Source: the human T2T-CHM13v2.0 reference genome, Homo sapiens
NCBI RefSeq assembly: GCF_009914755.1
Contig: NC_060945.1
DNA: 64,000 nucleotides
Direction: 5' to 3' (one strand)
The notes under the pieces are model-generated. The model made no database searches. It saw nothing but the letters and a program-made list of their open reading frames with translations, and was not told the DNA's origin. Of the stretch, positions 1 through 16,800 are shown in pieces; position 1 is the stretch's first letter, and the number at the start of each line of letters is the position of its first letter. The translations under genes and the position numbers were made by a program.

Positions 1-3000
1 GTACATCAAATATATATTTTATTCTATACATAAAATATCAAAGTACACCAGATATATATTCTATAGTGTACATAAAATATCAAAGTACCCAAACTATACA
101 TTATATACTGTACATAAAATATGAAATTACATCAAATATATATTATATTAGGTACATAAAATATGAAAGTACATCAAATATAGATTATACACTGTACATA
201 AAATATCAAAGTACCCCAAATATATATTATATACTCTACATGAAATATCAAAGTTCACAAACTATATATTATATACTGTACATAAAATAAAGTCCCCAAG
301 GTATATATTCTATACTGTAGAAAAAATATCAAAGTACCCAAAGCATGTATTATATACTGTATATAAAATATGAAAGTACATCAAATATATATTTTATTCT
401 GTACATAATATATCAAAGTACACCAGATATATATTCTATAGTGTACATAAAATAACAAAGTACAAAAACTATAAATTATATACTGTACATAAAATATGAA
501 ATTACATCAAATATATATTAGGTACATAAAATATGAAAGTACATCAAATATAGATTATATACTGTACATAAAATTTCAATGTACCCCAAATATATATTTT
601 ATACTCTACATGAAATATCAAAGTTCACAAACCATATATTATATACTGTACATAAAATATCAAAGTACCCAAGGTATATATTCTATACTATACAAAAAAT
701 ATCAAAGTACCCAAAGCATGTATTATATACTGTACCTAAAATATGAATGTACATCAAATATATATTTTATTCTGTACATAAAATATCAAAGTACACCAGA
801 TATATATTCTATAGTGTACACAAAATATCAAAGTACCCAAACTATACATTATATACTGTACATAAAATATGAAATTACATCAAATATATTTTATATTAGG
901 TACATAAAATATGAAAGTACATCAAATATAGATTATATACTGTACATAAAATATCAAAGTACCCCAAATATATATTATATACTCTACATGAAATATCAAA
1001 GTTCACAAACTATATATTATATACTGTACATAAAATATAAAAGTACCCAAGGTATATATTCTATACTGTAGAAAAAATATCAAAGTACCCAAAGCATGTA
1101 TTATATACTGTATATAAAATATGAAAGTACATTAAATATATATTTTATTCTGTTTATAAAATATCACAGTACACCAGATATATATTCTATAGTGTACATA
1201 AAATAACAAAGTACACAAACTATAAATTATATACTGTACATAAAATATGAAATTACATCAAATATATATTAGGTACATAAAATATGAAAGTACATCAAAT
1301 ATAGATTATATACTGTACATATAATATCAATGTACCCCAAATATATATTTTATACTCTACATGAAATATCAAAGTTCACAAACCATACATTATATACTGT
1401 ACATAAAATATCAAATTACCCAAGGTATATATTCTATACTGTACAAAAAATATCAAAGTACCCAAAGCATGTATTATATACTGTACATAAAATATGAAAG
1501 TACATCAAATATATATATTATTCTCTACATAAAATATCAAAGTACACCAGATATATATTCTATAGTGTACATAAAATATCAAAGTACCCAAACTATACAT
1601 TATATACTGTACATAAAATATGAAATTACATCAAATATATTTTATATTAGGTACATAAAATATGAAAGTACATCAAATATAGATTATATACTGTACATGA
1701 AATACCAAAGTACCCCAAATATATATTTTATACGGTACATGAAATATCAAAGTTCACAAACTATATATTATATACTGTATATAAAATATCAAAGTATCCA
1801 AGGTATATATTCTATACTGTACAAAAAATATCAAAGTACCCAAAGCATGTATTATATACTGTACATAAAATATGAAAGTACATCAAATATATATTTTATT
1901 CTGTACATAAAATATCAAAGTACACCAGATATATATTCTATAGTGTACATAAAATATCAAAGTACCCAAACTATACATTATATACTGTACATAAAATATG
2001 AAATTACATCAAATTTATATTAGGTACATAAAATATGAAAGTACATCAAATATAGATTATATACTGTACATAAAATATCAAAGTACCCCAAATATATATT
2101 ATATACTCTACATGAAATATCAAAGTTCACAAACCATATATTGTATACTGTACATAAAATATCAAAGTACCCAAGGTATATATTCTATACTGTACAAAAA
2201 ATATCAAAGTACCCAAAGCGTGTATTATATACTGTATATAAAATATGAAAGTACATCAAATATATATTTTATTCTGTACATAAAATATCAAAGTACACCA
2301 GATATATATTCTATAGTGTACGTAAAATATCAAAGTACCCAAACTATACATTATATACTGTACATAAAATATGAAATTACATCAAAAATATTTTATATTA
2401 GGTACATAAAATATGAAAGTACATCAAATATAGATTATATACTGTACATAAAATATCAAAGTACCCCAAATATATATTATATACTCTACATGAAATATCA
2501 AAGTTCACAAACCATATATTGTATACTGTACATAAAATATCAAAGTACCCAAGGTATATATTCTATACTGTACAAAAAATATCAAAGTACCCAAAGCGTG
2601 TATTATATACTGTATATAAAATATGAAAGTACATCAAATATATATTTTATTCTGTACATAATATATCAAAGTACACCAGATATATATTCTATAGTGTACA
2701 TAAAATATCAAAGTACCCAAACTATACATTATATACTGTACATAAAATATGAAATTACATCAAATATATATTATATTAGGTACATAAAATATGAAAGCAC
2801 ATCAAATATAGATTATATACTGTACATTAAATACCAAAGTACCCCAAATATATATTTTATACTGTACATCAAATATCAAAGTTCACAAACTATATATTAT
2901 ATACTGTACATAAAATATCAAAGTACCCATGGTATACATTCTATACTGTACAAAAAATATCAAAGTACCCAAAGCATGTATTATATACTGTACATAAAAT

Positions 3001-6000
3001 ATGAAAGTACATCAAATATATATTTTATTCTGTACATAAAATATCAAAGTACACCAGATATATATTCTATAGTGTACATAAAATATAAAAGTACCCAAAC
3101 TATACATTATATACTGTACATAAAATATGTAATTACATCAAAAATATATTATATTAGGTACATAAAATATGAAAGTACATCAAATATAGATTATATACTG
3201 TACATAAAATATCAAAGTACCCCAAATATATATTATATACTCTACATGAAATATCAAAGTTCACAAACTATATATTATATACTGTACATAAAATATCAAA
3301 GTACCCAAGGTATGTATTCTAAACTCTCCAAAAAATATCAAAGTATCCAAAGCATGTATTATATACTGTATATAAAATATGAAAGTACATTAAATATATA
3401 TTTTCTTCTGTACATAAAATATCAAAGTACACCAGATATATATTCTATAGTGTACATAAAATAACAAAGTACACAAACTATAAATTATATACTGTACATA
3501 AAATATGAAATTACATCAAATATATATTAGGTACATAAAATATGAAAGTACATAAAATATAGATTATATACTGTACATATAATATCAATGTACCCCAAAT
3601 ATATATTTTATACTCTACATGAAATATCAAAGTTCACAAACCATACATTATATACTGTACATAAAATATCAAAGTACCCAAGGTATATATTCTATACTGT
3701 ACAAAAAATATCAAAGTACCCAAAGCATGTATTATATACTGTACATAAAATATGAAAGTACATCAGATATATATTTTATTCTGTACATAAAATATCAAAG
3801 TACACCAGATATATATTCTATAGTGTACATAAAATATAAAAGTACCCAAACTATACATTATATACTGTACATAAAATATGAAATTACATCAAATATATAT
3901 TATATTAGGTACATAAAACATGAAAGTACATCAAATATAGATTATATACTGTACATAAAATATCAAAGTACCCCAAATATATATTATATACTCTACATGA
4001 AATATCAAAGTTCACAAACTATATATTATATACTGTACATAAAATATCAAAGTACCCAAGGTATGTATTCTATACTGTCCAAAAATTATCAAAGTATCCA
4101 AAGCATGTATTATATACTGTATATAAAATATGAAAGTACATTAAATATATATTTTATTCTGTACATAAAATATCAAAGTACACCAGATATATATTCTATA
4201 GTGTACATAAAATATAAAATACCCAAACTATACATTATATACTGTACATAAAATATGTAATTACATCAAAAATATATTATATTAGGTACATAAAATATGA
4301 AAGTACATCAAATATAGATTATATACTGTACATAAAATATCAAAGTACCACAAATATATATTATATACTCTACATGAAATATCAAAGTTCACAAACTATA
4401 TATTATATACTGTACATAAAATATCAAAGTACCCAAGGTATGTATTCTATACTGTCCAAAAAATATCAAAGTATCCAAAGCATGTATTATATACTGTATA
4501 TAAAATATGAAAGTACATTAAATATATATTTTATTCTGTACATAAAATTTCAAAGTACACCAGATATATATTCTATAGTGTACATAAAATAACAAAGTAC
4601 ACAAACTATAAATTATATACTGTACATAAAATATGAAATTACATCAAATATATATTAGGTACATAAAATATGAAAGTACATCAAATATAGATTATATACT
4701 GTACATAAAATATCAAAGTACCCCAAATATATATTATATACTCTACATGAAATATCAAAGTTCACAAACCATACATTATATACTGTACATAAAATATCAA
4801 AGTACCCAAGGTATATATTCTATACTGTACAAAAAATATCAAAGTACTCAAAGCATGTATTATATACTGTATATAAAATATGAAAGTACATCAAATATAT
4901 ATTTTATTGTGTACATAAAATATCAAAGTACACCAGATATATATTCTATAGTGTACATAAAATATCAAAGTACCCAAACTATACATTATACACTGTACAT
5001 AAAATATGAAATTACATCAAATATATATTAGGTACATTAAATATGAAAGTACATCAAATATAGATTATATACTGTACATAAAATATCAAAGTACCCCAAA
5101 TATATATTATATACTCTACATGAAATATCAAAGTTCACACACTATATATTATATACTGTAAATAAAATATCAAAGTACCCAAGGTATATATTCTATACTG
5201 TACAAAAAATATCAAAGTACCCAAAGCATGTATTATATACTGTACATAAAATATGAAAGTACATCAAATATATATTTTATTCTGTACATAAAATATCAAA
5301 GTACACCAGATATATATTCTATAGTGTACATAAAATAACAAAGTACACAAACTATAAATTATATACTGTACATAAAATATGAAATTACATCAAATATATA
5401 TTAGGTACATAAAATATGAAAGTGCATCAAATATAGATTATATACTGTACATAAAATATCAATGTACCCCAAATATATATTTTATACTCTACATGAAATA
5501 TCAAAGTTCACAAACCATATATTATATACTGTACATAAAATATCAAAGTACCCAAGGTATATATTCTATACTGTACAAAAAATATCAAAGTACACAAAGC
5601 ATGTATTATATACTGTACATAAAATATGAAAGTACATCAAATATATATTTTATTCTGTACATAAAATATCAAAGTACACCAGATATATATTCTATAGTGT
5701 ACATAAAATATCAAAGTACCCAAACTATACATTATACACTGTACATAAAATATGAAATTACATCAAATATATATTATATTAGGTACATAAAATATGAAAG
5801 CACATCAAATATAGATTATATACTGAACACTAAGTACCAAAGTACCCCAAATATATATTTTATACTGTACATCAAATATCAAAGTTCACAAACTATATAT
5901 TATATACTGTACATAAAATATCAAAGTACCCATGGTATATATTCTATACTGTACAAAAAATATCAAAGTACCCAAAGCATGTATTATATACTGTACATAA

Positions 6001-7132
6001 AATATGAAAGTATATCAAATATATATTTTATTCTGTATATAAAATATCAAAGTACACCAGATATATATTCTATAGTTTACATAAAATATCAAAGTACCCA
6101 AACTATACATTATATACTGTACATAAAATATGAAATTACATCAAATATATATTAGGTACATAAAATATGAAAGTACATCAAATATAGATTATATACTGTA
6201 CATAAAATACCAAAGTACCCCAAATATATATTATATACTCTACATGAAATATCAAAGTTCACAAACTATATATTATATACTGTAAATAAAATATCAAAGT
6301 ACCCAAGGTATATATTCTATACTGTACAAAAAATATCAAAGTACCCAAAGCATGTATTATATACTTTATATAAAATATGAAAGTACATCAAATATATATT
6401 TTATTCTGCACATAAAATATCAAAGTACACCAGATATATATTCTATAGTGTACATAAAATAACAAAGTACACAAACTATAAATTATATACTGTACATAAA
6501 ATATGAAATTACATCAAATATATATTAGGTACATAAAATATGAAAGTACATCAAATATAGATTATATACTGTACATAAAATATCAATGTACCCCAAATAT
6601 ATATTTTATACTCTACATGAAATATCAAAGTTCACAAACCATATATTATATACTGTACATAAAATATCAAAGTATCCATGGTATATATTCTATACTGTAC
6701 AAAAAATATCAAAGTACTCAAAGCATGTATTATATACTGTACATAAAATATGAAAGTACATCAAATATATATTTTATTCTGTACATAAAATATCAAAGTA
6801 CTCCAGATATATATTCTATAGTGTACATAAAATATCAAAGTACCCAAACTATACATTATACACTGTACATAAAATATGAAATTACATCAAATATATATTA
6901 TATTAGGTACATAAAATATGAAAGCACATCAAATATAGATTATATACTGTACATTAAATACCAAAGTACCCCACATATATATTTTATACTGTACATCAAA
7001 ATCAAAGTTCACAAACTATATATTATATACTGTACATAAAATATCAAAGTATCCATGGTATATATTCTATACTGTACAAAAAATATCAAAGTACCCAAAG
7101 CATGTATTATATACTGTACATAAAATATGAAA

Positions 7133-7510
7133 GTACATCAAATATATATTTTATTCTGTACATAAAATATCAAAGTACACCAGATATATATTCTATAGTG
7201 TACATAAAATATCAAAGTACCCAAACTATACATTATATACTGTACATAAAATATGAAATTACATCAAATATATATTATATTAGGTACATAAAATATGAAA
7301 GTACATCAAATATAGATTATATACTGTACATAAAATATCAAAGTACCCTAAATATATATTATATACTCTACATGAAATATCAAAGTTCACAAACTATATA
7401 TTATATACTGTACATAAAATATCAAAGTACCCAAGGTATATATTCTATACTGTACAAAAAATATCAAAGTACCCAAAGCATGTATTATATACTGTATATA
7501 AAATATGAAA
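7133..7510 (+). repeat. Representative 378-bp 9-mer higher-order unit (A-I); roughly 170 such units in the window
   Basis: Nine distinguishable monomers in fixed order: A GTACATCAAATATATATTTTATTC, B GTACACCAGA, C GTACCCAAACTATAC, D TTACATC..TTAGG, E GTACATCAAATATAG, F GTACCCCAAA..CTCTACATG, G GTTCACAAAC, H GTACCCAAGG, I GTACCCAAAGCATG. A starts at 7133 and again at 7511. Confidence 0.97.
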
Positions 7511-7883
7511 GTACATTAAATATATATTTAATTCTGTTTGTAAAATATCAAAGTACACCAGATATATATTCTATAGTGTACATAAAACAACAAAGTACAC
7601 AAACTATAAATTATATACTGTACATAAAATATGAAATTACATCAAATATATACTAGGTACATAAAATATGAAAGTACATCAAATATAGATTATATACTGT
7701 ACATATAATATCAATGTACCCCAAATATATATTTTATACTCTACATGAAATATCAAAGTTCACAAACCATACATTATATACTGTACATAAAATATCAAAG
7801 TACCCAAGGTATATATTCTACACTGTACAAAAAATATCAAAGTACCCAAAGCATGTATTATATACTGTACATAAAATATGAAA
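7511..7883 (+). repeat. Representative 373-bp 9-mer variant (37-bp monomer D)
   Basis: Monomer D reads ...AATATATATTAGG (TACTAGG in this copy) instead of ...AATATATATTATATTAGG. A-to-A distance 7511 to 7884 = 373. This variant is interspersed throughout and causes most frame switches in the ORF track. Confidence 0.95.
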
Positions 7884-10800
7884 GTACATCAAATATATAT
7901 TTTATTCTGTACATAAAATATCAAAGTACACCAGATATATATTCTATAGTGTACATAAAATATCAAAGTACTCAAACTATACATTATATACTGTACATAA
8001 AATATGAAATTACATCAAATATATATTAGGTACATAAAATATGAAAGTACATCAAATATAGATTATATACTGTACATAAAATATCAAAGTACCCCAAATA
8101 TATATTATATACTCTACATGAAATATCAAAGTTCACAAACTATATATTATATACTGTACATAAAATATCAAAGTACCCAAGGTATATATTCTATACTGTA
8201 CAAAAAATATCAAAGTACTCAAAGCATGTATTATATACTGTACATAAAATATGAAAGTACATCAAATATATATTTTATTCTGTACATAAAATATCAAAGT
8301 ACACCAGATATATATTCTATAGTGTACATAAAATATCAAAGTACCCAAACTATACTTTATACACTGTACATAAAATATGAAATTACATCAAATATATATT
8401 ATATTAGGTACATAAAATATGAAAGCACATCAAATATAGATTATATACTGTACATTAAATACCAAAGTACCCCAAATATATATTTTATACTGTACATCAA
8501 AATCAAAGTTCACAAACTATATATTATATACTATACATAAAATATCAAAGTATCCATGGTATATATTCTATACTGTACAAAAAATATCAAAGTACCCAAA
8601 GCATGTATTATATACTGTACATAAAATATGAAAGTACATCAAATATATATTTTATTCTGTACATAAAATATCAAAGTACACCAGATATATATTCTATAGT
8701 GTACATAAAATATAAAAGTACCCAAACTATACATTATATACTGTACATAAAATATGAAATTACATCAAATATATATTATATTAGGTACATAAAATATGAA
8801 AGTACATCAAATATAGATTATATACTGTACATAAAATATCAAAGTACCCCAAATATATATTATATACTCTACATGAAATATCAAAGTTCACAAACTATAT
8901 ATTATATACTGTACATAAAATATCAAAGTAACCAAGGTATATATTCTATACTGTACAAAAAATATCAAAGTATCCAAAGCATGTATTATATACTGTTTAT
9001 AAAATATGAAAGTACATTAAATATATATTTTATTCTGTACATAAAATATCAAAGTACACCAGATATATATTCTATAGTGTACATAAAATAACAAAGTACA
9101 CAAACTATAAATTATATACTGTACATAAAATATGAAATTACATCAAATATATATTAGGTACATAAAATATGAAAGTACATCAAATATAGATTATATACTG
9201 TACATAAAATATCAATGTACCCCAAATATATATTTTATACTCTACTTGAAATATCAAAGTTCACAAACCATACATTATATACTGTACATAAAATATCAAA
9301 GTACCCAAGGTATATATTCTATACTGTACAAAAAATATCAAAGAACCCAAAGCATGTATTATATACTGTACCTAAAATATGAAAGTACATCAAATATATA
9401 TTTTATTCTGTACATAAAATATCAAAGTACACCAGATATATATTCTATAGTGTACATAAAATATCAAAGTACCGAAACTATACATTATACACTGTACATA
9501 AAATATGAAATTACATCAAATATATATTAGGTACATTAAATATGAAAGTACATCAAATATAGATTATATACTGTACATAAAATATCAAAGTACCCCAAAT
9601 ATATATTGTATACTCTACATGAAATATCAAAGTTCACAAACTATATATTATATACTGTAAATACAATATCAAAGTACACAAGGTATATATTCTATACTGT
9701 ACAAAAAATATCAATGTACCCAAAGCATGTATTATATACTGTACATAAAATATGAAAGTACATCAAGTATATATTTTATTCTGTACATAAAATATCAAAG
9801 TACACCAGATATATATTCTATAGTGTACATAAAATATCAAAGTACCCAAACTATACATTATATACTGTACATAAAATATGAAATTACATCAAATATATAT
9901 TATATTAGGTACATAAAATATGAAAGCACATCAAATATAGATTATATACTGTACATTAAATACCAAAGTACCCCAAATATATATTTTATTCTGTACATCA
10001 AATATCAAAGTTCACAAACTATATATTATATACTGTACATAAAATATCAAAGTACCCATGGTATATATTCTACACTGTACAAAAAATATCAAAGTACCCA
10101 AAGCATGTATTATATACTGCATATAAAATATGAAAGTACATCACATATATTTTTTATTCTGTACATAAAATATCAAAGTACACCAGATATATATTCTATA
10201 GTGTACATAAAATAACAAAGTTCAAAAACTATAAATTATATACTGTACATAAAATATGAAATTACATCAAATATATATTAGGTACATAAAATATGAAAGT
10301 ACATCAAATATAGATTATATACTGTACATAAAATATCAATGTACCCCAAATATATATTTTATACTCTACATGAAATATGAAAGTTCACAAACCATATATT
10401 ATATACTGTACATAAAATATCAAAGTACCCAAGGTATATATATATTCTATACTGTACAAAAAATATCAAAGTACCCAAAGCATGTATTATATACTGTACA
10501 TAAAATATGAAAGTACATCAAATATATATTTTATTCTGTACATAAAATATAAAAGTACACCAGATATATATTCTATAGTGTACATAAAATATCAACGTAC
10601 CCAAACTATACATTATATACTGTACATAAAATATGAAATTACATCAAATATATATTATATTAGGTACATAAAATATGAAAGCACATCAAATATAGATTAT
10701 ATACTGTACTTTAAATACCAAAGTACCCCAAATATATATTTTATACTGTACATCAAATATCAAAGTTCACAAACTATATATTATATACTGTACATAAAAT

Positions 10801-13800
10801 ATCAAAGTACCCATGGTATATATTCTATGCTGTACAAAAAATATCAAAGTACCCAAAGCATGTATTATATACTCTACATAAAATATGAAAGTACATCAAA
10901 TATATATTTTATTCTGTACATAAAATATCAAAGTACACCAGATATATATTCTATAGTGTACATAAAATATAAAAGTACCCAAACTATACATTATATACTG
11001 TACATAAAATATGTAATTACATCAAAAATATATTATATTAGGTTCATAAAATATGAAAGTACATCAAATATAGATTATATACTGTACATAAAATATCAAA
11101 GTACCCCAAATATATATTATATACTCTACATGAAATATCAAAGTTCACAAAGTATATATTATATACTGTACATAAAATATCAAAGTACCCAAGGTATGTA
11201 TTCTACACTGTCCAAAAAATATCAAAGTATCCAAAGCATGTATTATATACTGTATATAAAATATGAAAGTACATCAAATATATATTTTATTCTGTACATA
11301 AAATATCAAAGTACACCAGATATATATTCTATAGTGTACATAAAATAACAATGTACACAAACTATAAATTATATACTGTACATAAAATATGAAATTACAT
11401 CAAATATATATTAGGTACATAAAATATGAAAGTACATCAAATATAGATTATATACTGTACATATAATATCAATGTACCCCAAATATATATTTTATACTCT
11501 ACATGAAATATCAAAGTTCACAAACCATACATTATATACTGTACATAAAATATCAAAGTACCCAAGGTATATATATATTCTATACTGTACAAAAAATATC
11601 AAAGTACCCAAAGCATGTGTTGTATACTGTACATAAAATATGAAAGTACATCAAATATATATTTTATTCTGTACATAAAATATCAAAGTACACCAGATAT
11701 ATATTCTATAGTTTACATAAAATATCAAAGTACCCAAACTATACATTATACACTGTACATAAAATATGAAATTACATCAAATATATATTAGGTACATAAA
11801 ATATGAAAGCACATCAAATATAGATTATATACTGTACATATAATATCAATGTACACCAAATATATATTTTATACTCTAAATTAAATATCAAAGTTCACAA
11901 ACCATACATTATATACTGTACATAAAATATCAAAGTACCCAAGGTATATATTCTATACTGTACAAAAAATATCAAAGTACCCAAAGCATGTATTATATAC
12001 TGTATATAAAATATGAAAGTACATTAAATATATATTTTATTCTGTTTATAAAATATCAAAGTACACCAGATATATATTCTATAGTGTACATAAAATAACA
12101 AAGTACACAAACTATAAATTATATACTGTACATAAAATATGAAATTACATCAAATATATACTAGGTACATAAAATATGAAAGTACATCAAATATAGATTA
12201 TATACTGTACATATAATATCAAAGTGCCCCAAATATGTATTTTATACTCTACATGAAATATCAAAGTTCACAAACCATACATTATATACTGTACATAAAA
12301 TATCAAAGTACCCAAGGTATATATTCTACACTGTACAAAAAATATCAAAGTACTCAAAGCATGTATTATATACTGTACATAAAATATGAAAGTACATCAA
12401 ATATATATTTTATTCTGTACATAAAATATCAAAGTACACCAGATATATATTCTATAGTGTACATAAAATATCAAAGTACCCAAACTATACATTATATACT
12501 GTACATAAAATATGAAATTACATCAAATATATATTAAGTACATAAAATATGAATGTACATCAAATATAGATTATATACTGTACATATAATATCAATGTAC
12601 CCCAAATATATATTTTATACTCTACATGAAATATCAAATTTCACAAACCATATATTATATACTGTACATAAATATCAAAGTACCCAAGGTATATATTCTA
12701 TACTGTACAAAAAATATCAAAGTACCCAAAGCATGTATTATATACTGTACATAAAATATGAAAGTACATCAAATATATATTTTATTCTGTACATAAAATA
12801 TCAAAGTACACCAGATATATATTCTATAGTGTACATAAAATATCAAAGTACTCAAACTATACATTATATACTGTACATAAAATATGAAATTACATCAAAT
12901 ATATATTAGGTACATAAAATATGAAAGTACATCAAATATAGATTATATACTGTACATAAAATATCAAAGTACCCCAAATATATATTATATACTCTACATG
13001 AAATATCAAAGTTCACAAACTATATATTATATACTGTAAATAAAATATCAAAGTACCCAAGGTATATATTCTATACTGTACAAAAAATATCAAAGTACCC
13101 AAAGCATGTATTATATACTGTATATAAAATATGAAAGTACATCAAATATATATTTTATTCTGTACTTAAAATATCAAAGTACACCAGATATATATTCTAT
13201 AGTGTAAATAAAATAACAAAGTACACAAACTATAAATTATATACTGTACATAAAATATGAAATTACATCAAATATATATTAGGTACATAAAATATGAAAG
13301 TACATCAAATATAGATTATATACTGTACATAAAATATCAATGTACCCCAAATATATATTTTATACTCTACATGAAATATCAAAGTTCACAAACCATATAT
13401 TATATACTGTACATAAAATATCAAAGTACTCAAGGTATATATTCTATACTGTACAAAAAATATCAAAGTACTCAAAGCATGTATTATATACTGTACATAA
13501 AATATGAAAGTACATCAAATATATATTTTATTCTGTACATAAAATATCAAAGTACACCAGATATATATTCTATAGTGTACATAAAATATCAAAGTACCCA
13601 AACTATACATTATACACTGTACATAAAATATGAAATTACATCAAATATATATTATATTAGGTACATAAAATATGAAAGCACATCAAATATAGATTATATA
13701 CTGTACATTAAATACCAAAGTACCCCAAATATATATTTTATACTGTACATCAAAATCAAAGTTCACAAACTATATATTATATACTGTACATAAAATATCA

Positions 13801-16800
13801 AAGTATCCATGGTATATATTCTATACTGTACAAAAAATATCAAAGTACCCAAAGCATGTATTATATACTGTACATAAAATATGAAAGTACATCAAATATA
13901 TATTTTATTCTGTACATAAAATATCAAAGTACACCAGATATATATTCTATAGTGTACATAAAATATCAAAGTACCCAAACTATACATTATATACTGTACA
14001 TAAAATATGAAATTACATCAAATATATATTATATTAGGTACATAAAATATGAAAGTACATCAAATATAGATTATATACTGTACATAAAATATCAAAGTAC
14101 CCCAAATATATATTATATACTCTACATGAAATATCAAAGTTCACAAACTATATATTATATACTGTACATAAAATATCAAAGTACCCAAGGTATATATTCT
14201 ATACTGTACAAAAAATATCAAAGTACCCAAAGCATGTATTATATACTGTATATAAAATATGAAAGTACATTAAATATATATTTTATTCTGTATATAAAAT
14301 ATCAAAGTACACCAGATATATATTCTATAGTGTACATAAAATAACAAAGTACACAAACTATAAATTATATACTGTACATAAAATATGAAATTACATCATA
14401 TATATACTAGGTACATAAAATATGAAAGTACATCAAATATAGATTATATACTGTGCATATAATATCAATGTACCCCAAATATATATTTTATACTCTACAT
14501 GAAATATCAAAATTCACAAACCATACATTATATACTGTACATAAAATATCAAAGTACCCAAGGTATATATTATACACTGTACAAAAAATATCAAAGTACC
14601 CAAAGCATGTATTATATACTGTACATAAAATATGAAAGTACATCAAATATATATTTTATTCTATACATAAAATATCAAAGTACACCAGATATATATTCTA
14701 TAGTGTACATAAAATATCAAAGTACCCAAACTATACATTATATACTGTACATAACATATGAAATTACATCAAATATATATTAAGTACATAAAATATGAAA
14801 GTACATCAAATATAGATTATATACTGTACATAAAATATCAATATACCCCAAATATATATTTTATACTCTACATGAAATATCAAATTTCACAAACCATATA
14901 TTATATACTGTACATAAATATCAAAGTACCCAAGGTATATATTCTATACTGTACAAAAAATATCAAAGTATCCAAAGCATGTATTATATACTGTATATAA
15001 AATATGAAAGTACATTAAATATATATTTTATTCTGTACATAAAATATCAAAGTACACCAGATATATATTCTATAGTGTACATAAAATAACAAAGTACACA
15101 AACTATAAATTATATACTGTACATAAAATATGAAATTACATCAAATATATATTAGGTACATAAAATATGAAAGTACATCAAATATAGATTATATACTGTA
15201 CATATAATATCAATGTACCCCAAATATGTATTTTATACTCTACATGAAATATCAAAGTTCACAAACCATACATTATATACTGTACATAAAATATCAAAGT
15301 ACCCAGGGTATATATTCTATACTGTACAAAAAATATCAAAGTACCCAAAGCATGTATTATATACTGTACATAAAATATGAAAGTATATCAAATATATATT
15401 TTATTCTGTACATGAAATATCAAAGTACACCAGATATATATTCTATAGTGTACATAAAATATCAAAGTACCCAAACTATACATTATACACTGTACATAAA
15501 ATATGAAATTACATCTAATATATATTAGGTACATTAAATATGAAAGTACATCAAATATAGATTATATACTGTACATAAAATATCAAAGTATCCCAAATAT
15601 ATATTATATACTCTACATGAAATATCAAAGTTCACAAACTATATATTATATACTGTAAATAAAATATCAAAGTACCCAAGGTATATATTCTATACTGTAC
15701 AAAAAATATCAAAGTACCCAAAGCATGTATTATATACTGTACATAAAATATGAAAGTACATCAAATATATATTTTATTCTGTACATAAAATATCAAAGTA
15801 CACCAGATATATATTCTATAGTGTACATAAAATAACAAAGTACACAAACTATAAATTATATACTGTACATAAAATATGAAATTACATCAAATATATATTA
15901 GGTACATAAAATATGAAAGTGCATCAAATATAGATTATATACTGTACATAAAATATCAATGTACCCCAAATATATATTTTATACTCTACATGAAATATCA
16001 AAGTTCACAAAACATATATTATATACTGTACATAAAATATCAAAGTACCCAAGGTATATATTCTATACTGTACAAAAAATATCAAAGTACACAAAGCATG
16101 TATTATATACTGTACATAAAATATGAAAGTACATCAAATATATATTTTATTCTGTACATAAAATATCAAAGTACACCAGATATATATTCTATAGTGTACA
16201 TAAAATATCAAAGTACCCAAACTATACATTATACACTGTACATAAAATATGAAATTACATCAAATATATATTATATTAGGTACATAAAATATGAAAGCAC
16301 ATCAAATATAGATTATATACTGAACATTAAATACCAAAGTACCCCAAATATATATTTTATACTGTACATCAAATATCAAAGTTCACAAACTATATATTAT
16401 ATACTCTACATAAAATATCAAAGTACCCATGGTATATATTCTATACTGTACAAAAAATATCAAAGTACCCAAAGCATGTATTATATACTGTACATAAAAT
16501 ATGAAAGTACATCAAATATATATTTTATTCTGTATATAAAATATCAAAGTACACCAGATATATATTCTATAGTGTACATAAAATATCAAAGTACCCAAAC
16601 TATACATTATATACTGTACATAAAATATGAAATTACATCAAATATATATTATATTAGGTACATAAAATATGAAAGTACATCAAATATAGATTATATACTG
16701 TACATAAAACATCAAAGTACCCCAAATATATATTATATACTCTACATGAAATATCAAAGTTCACAAACTATATATTATATACTGTACATAAAATATCAAA

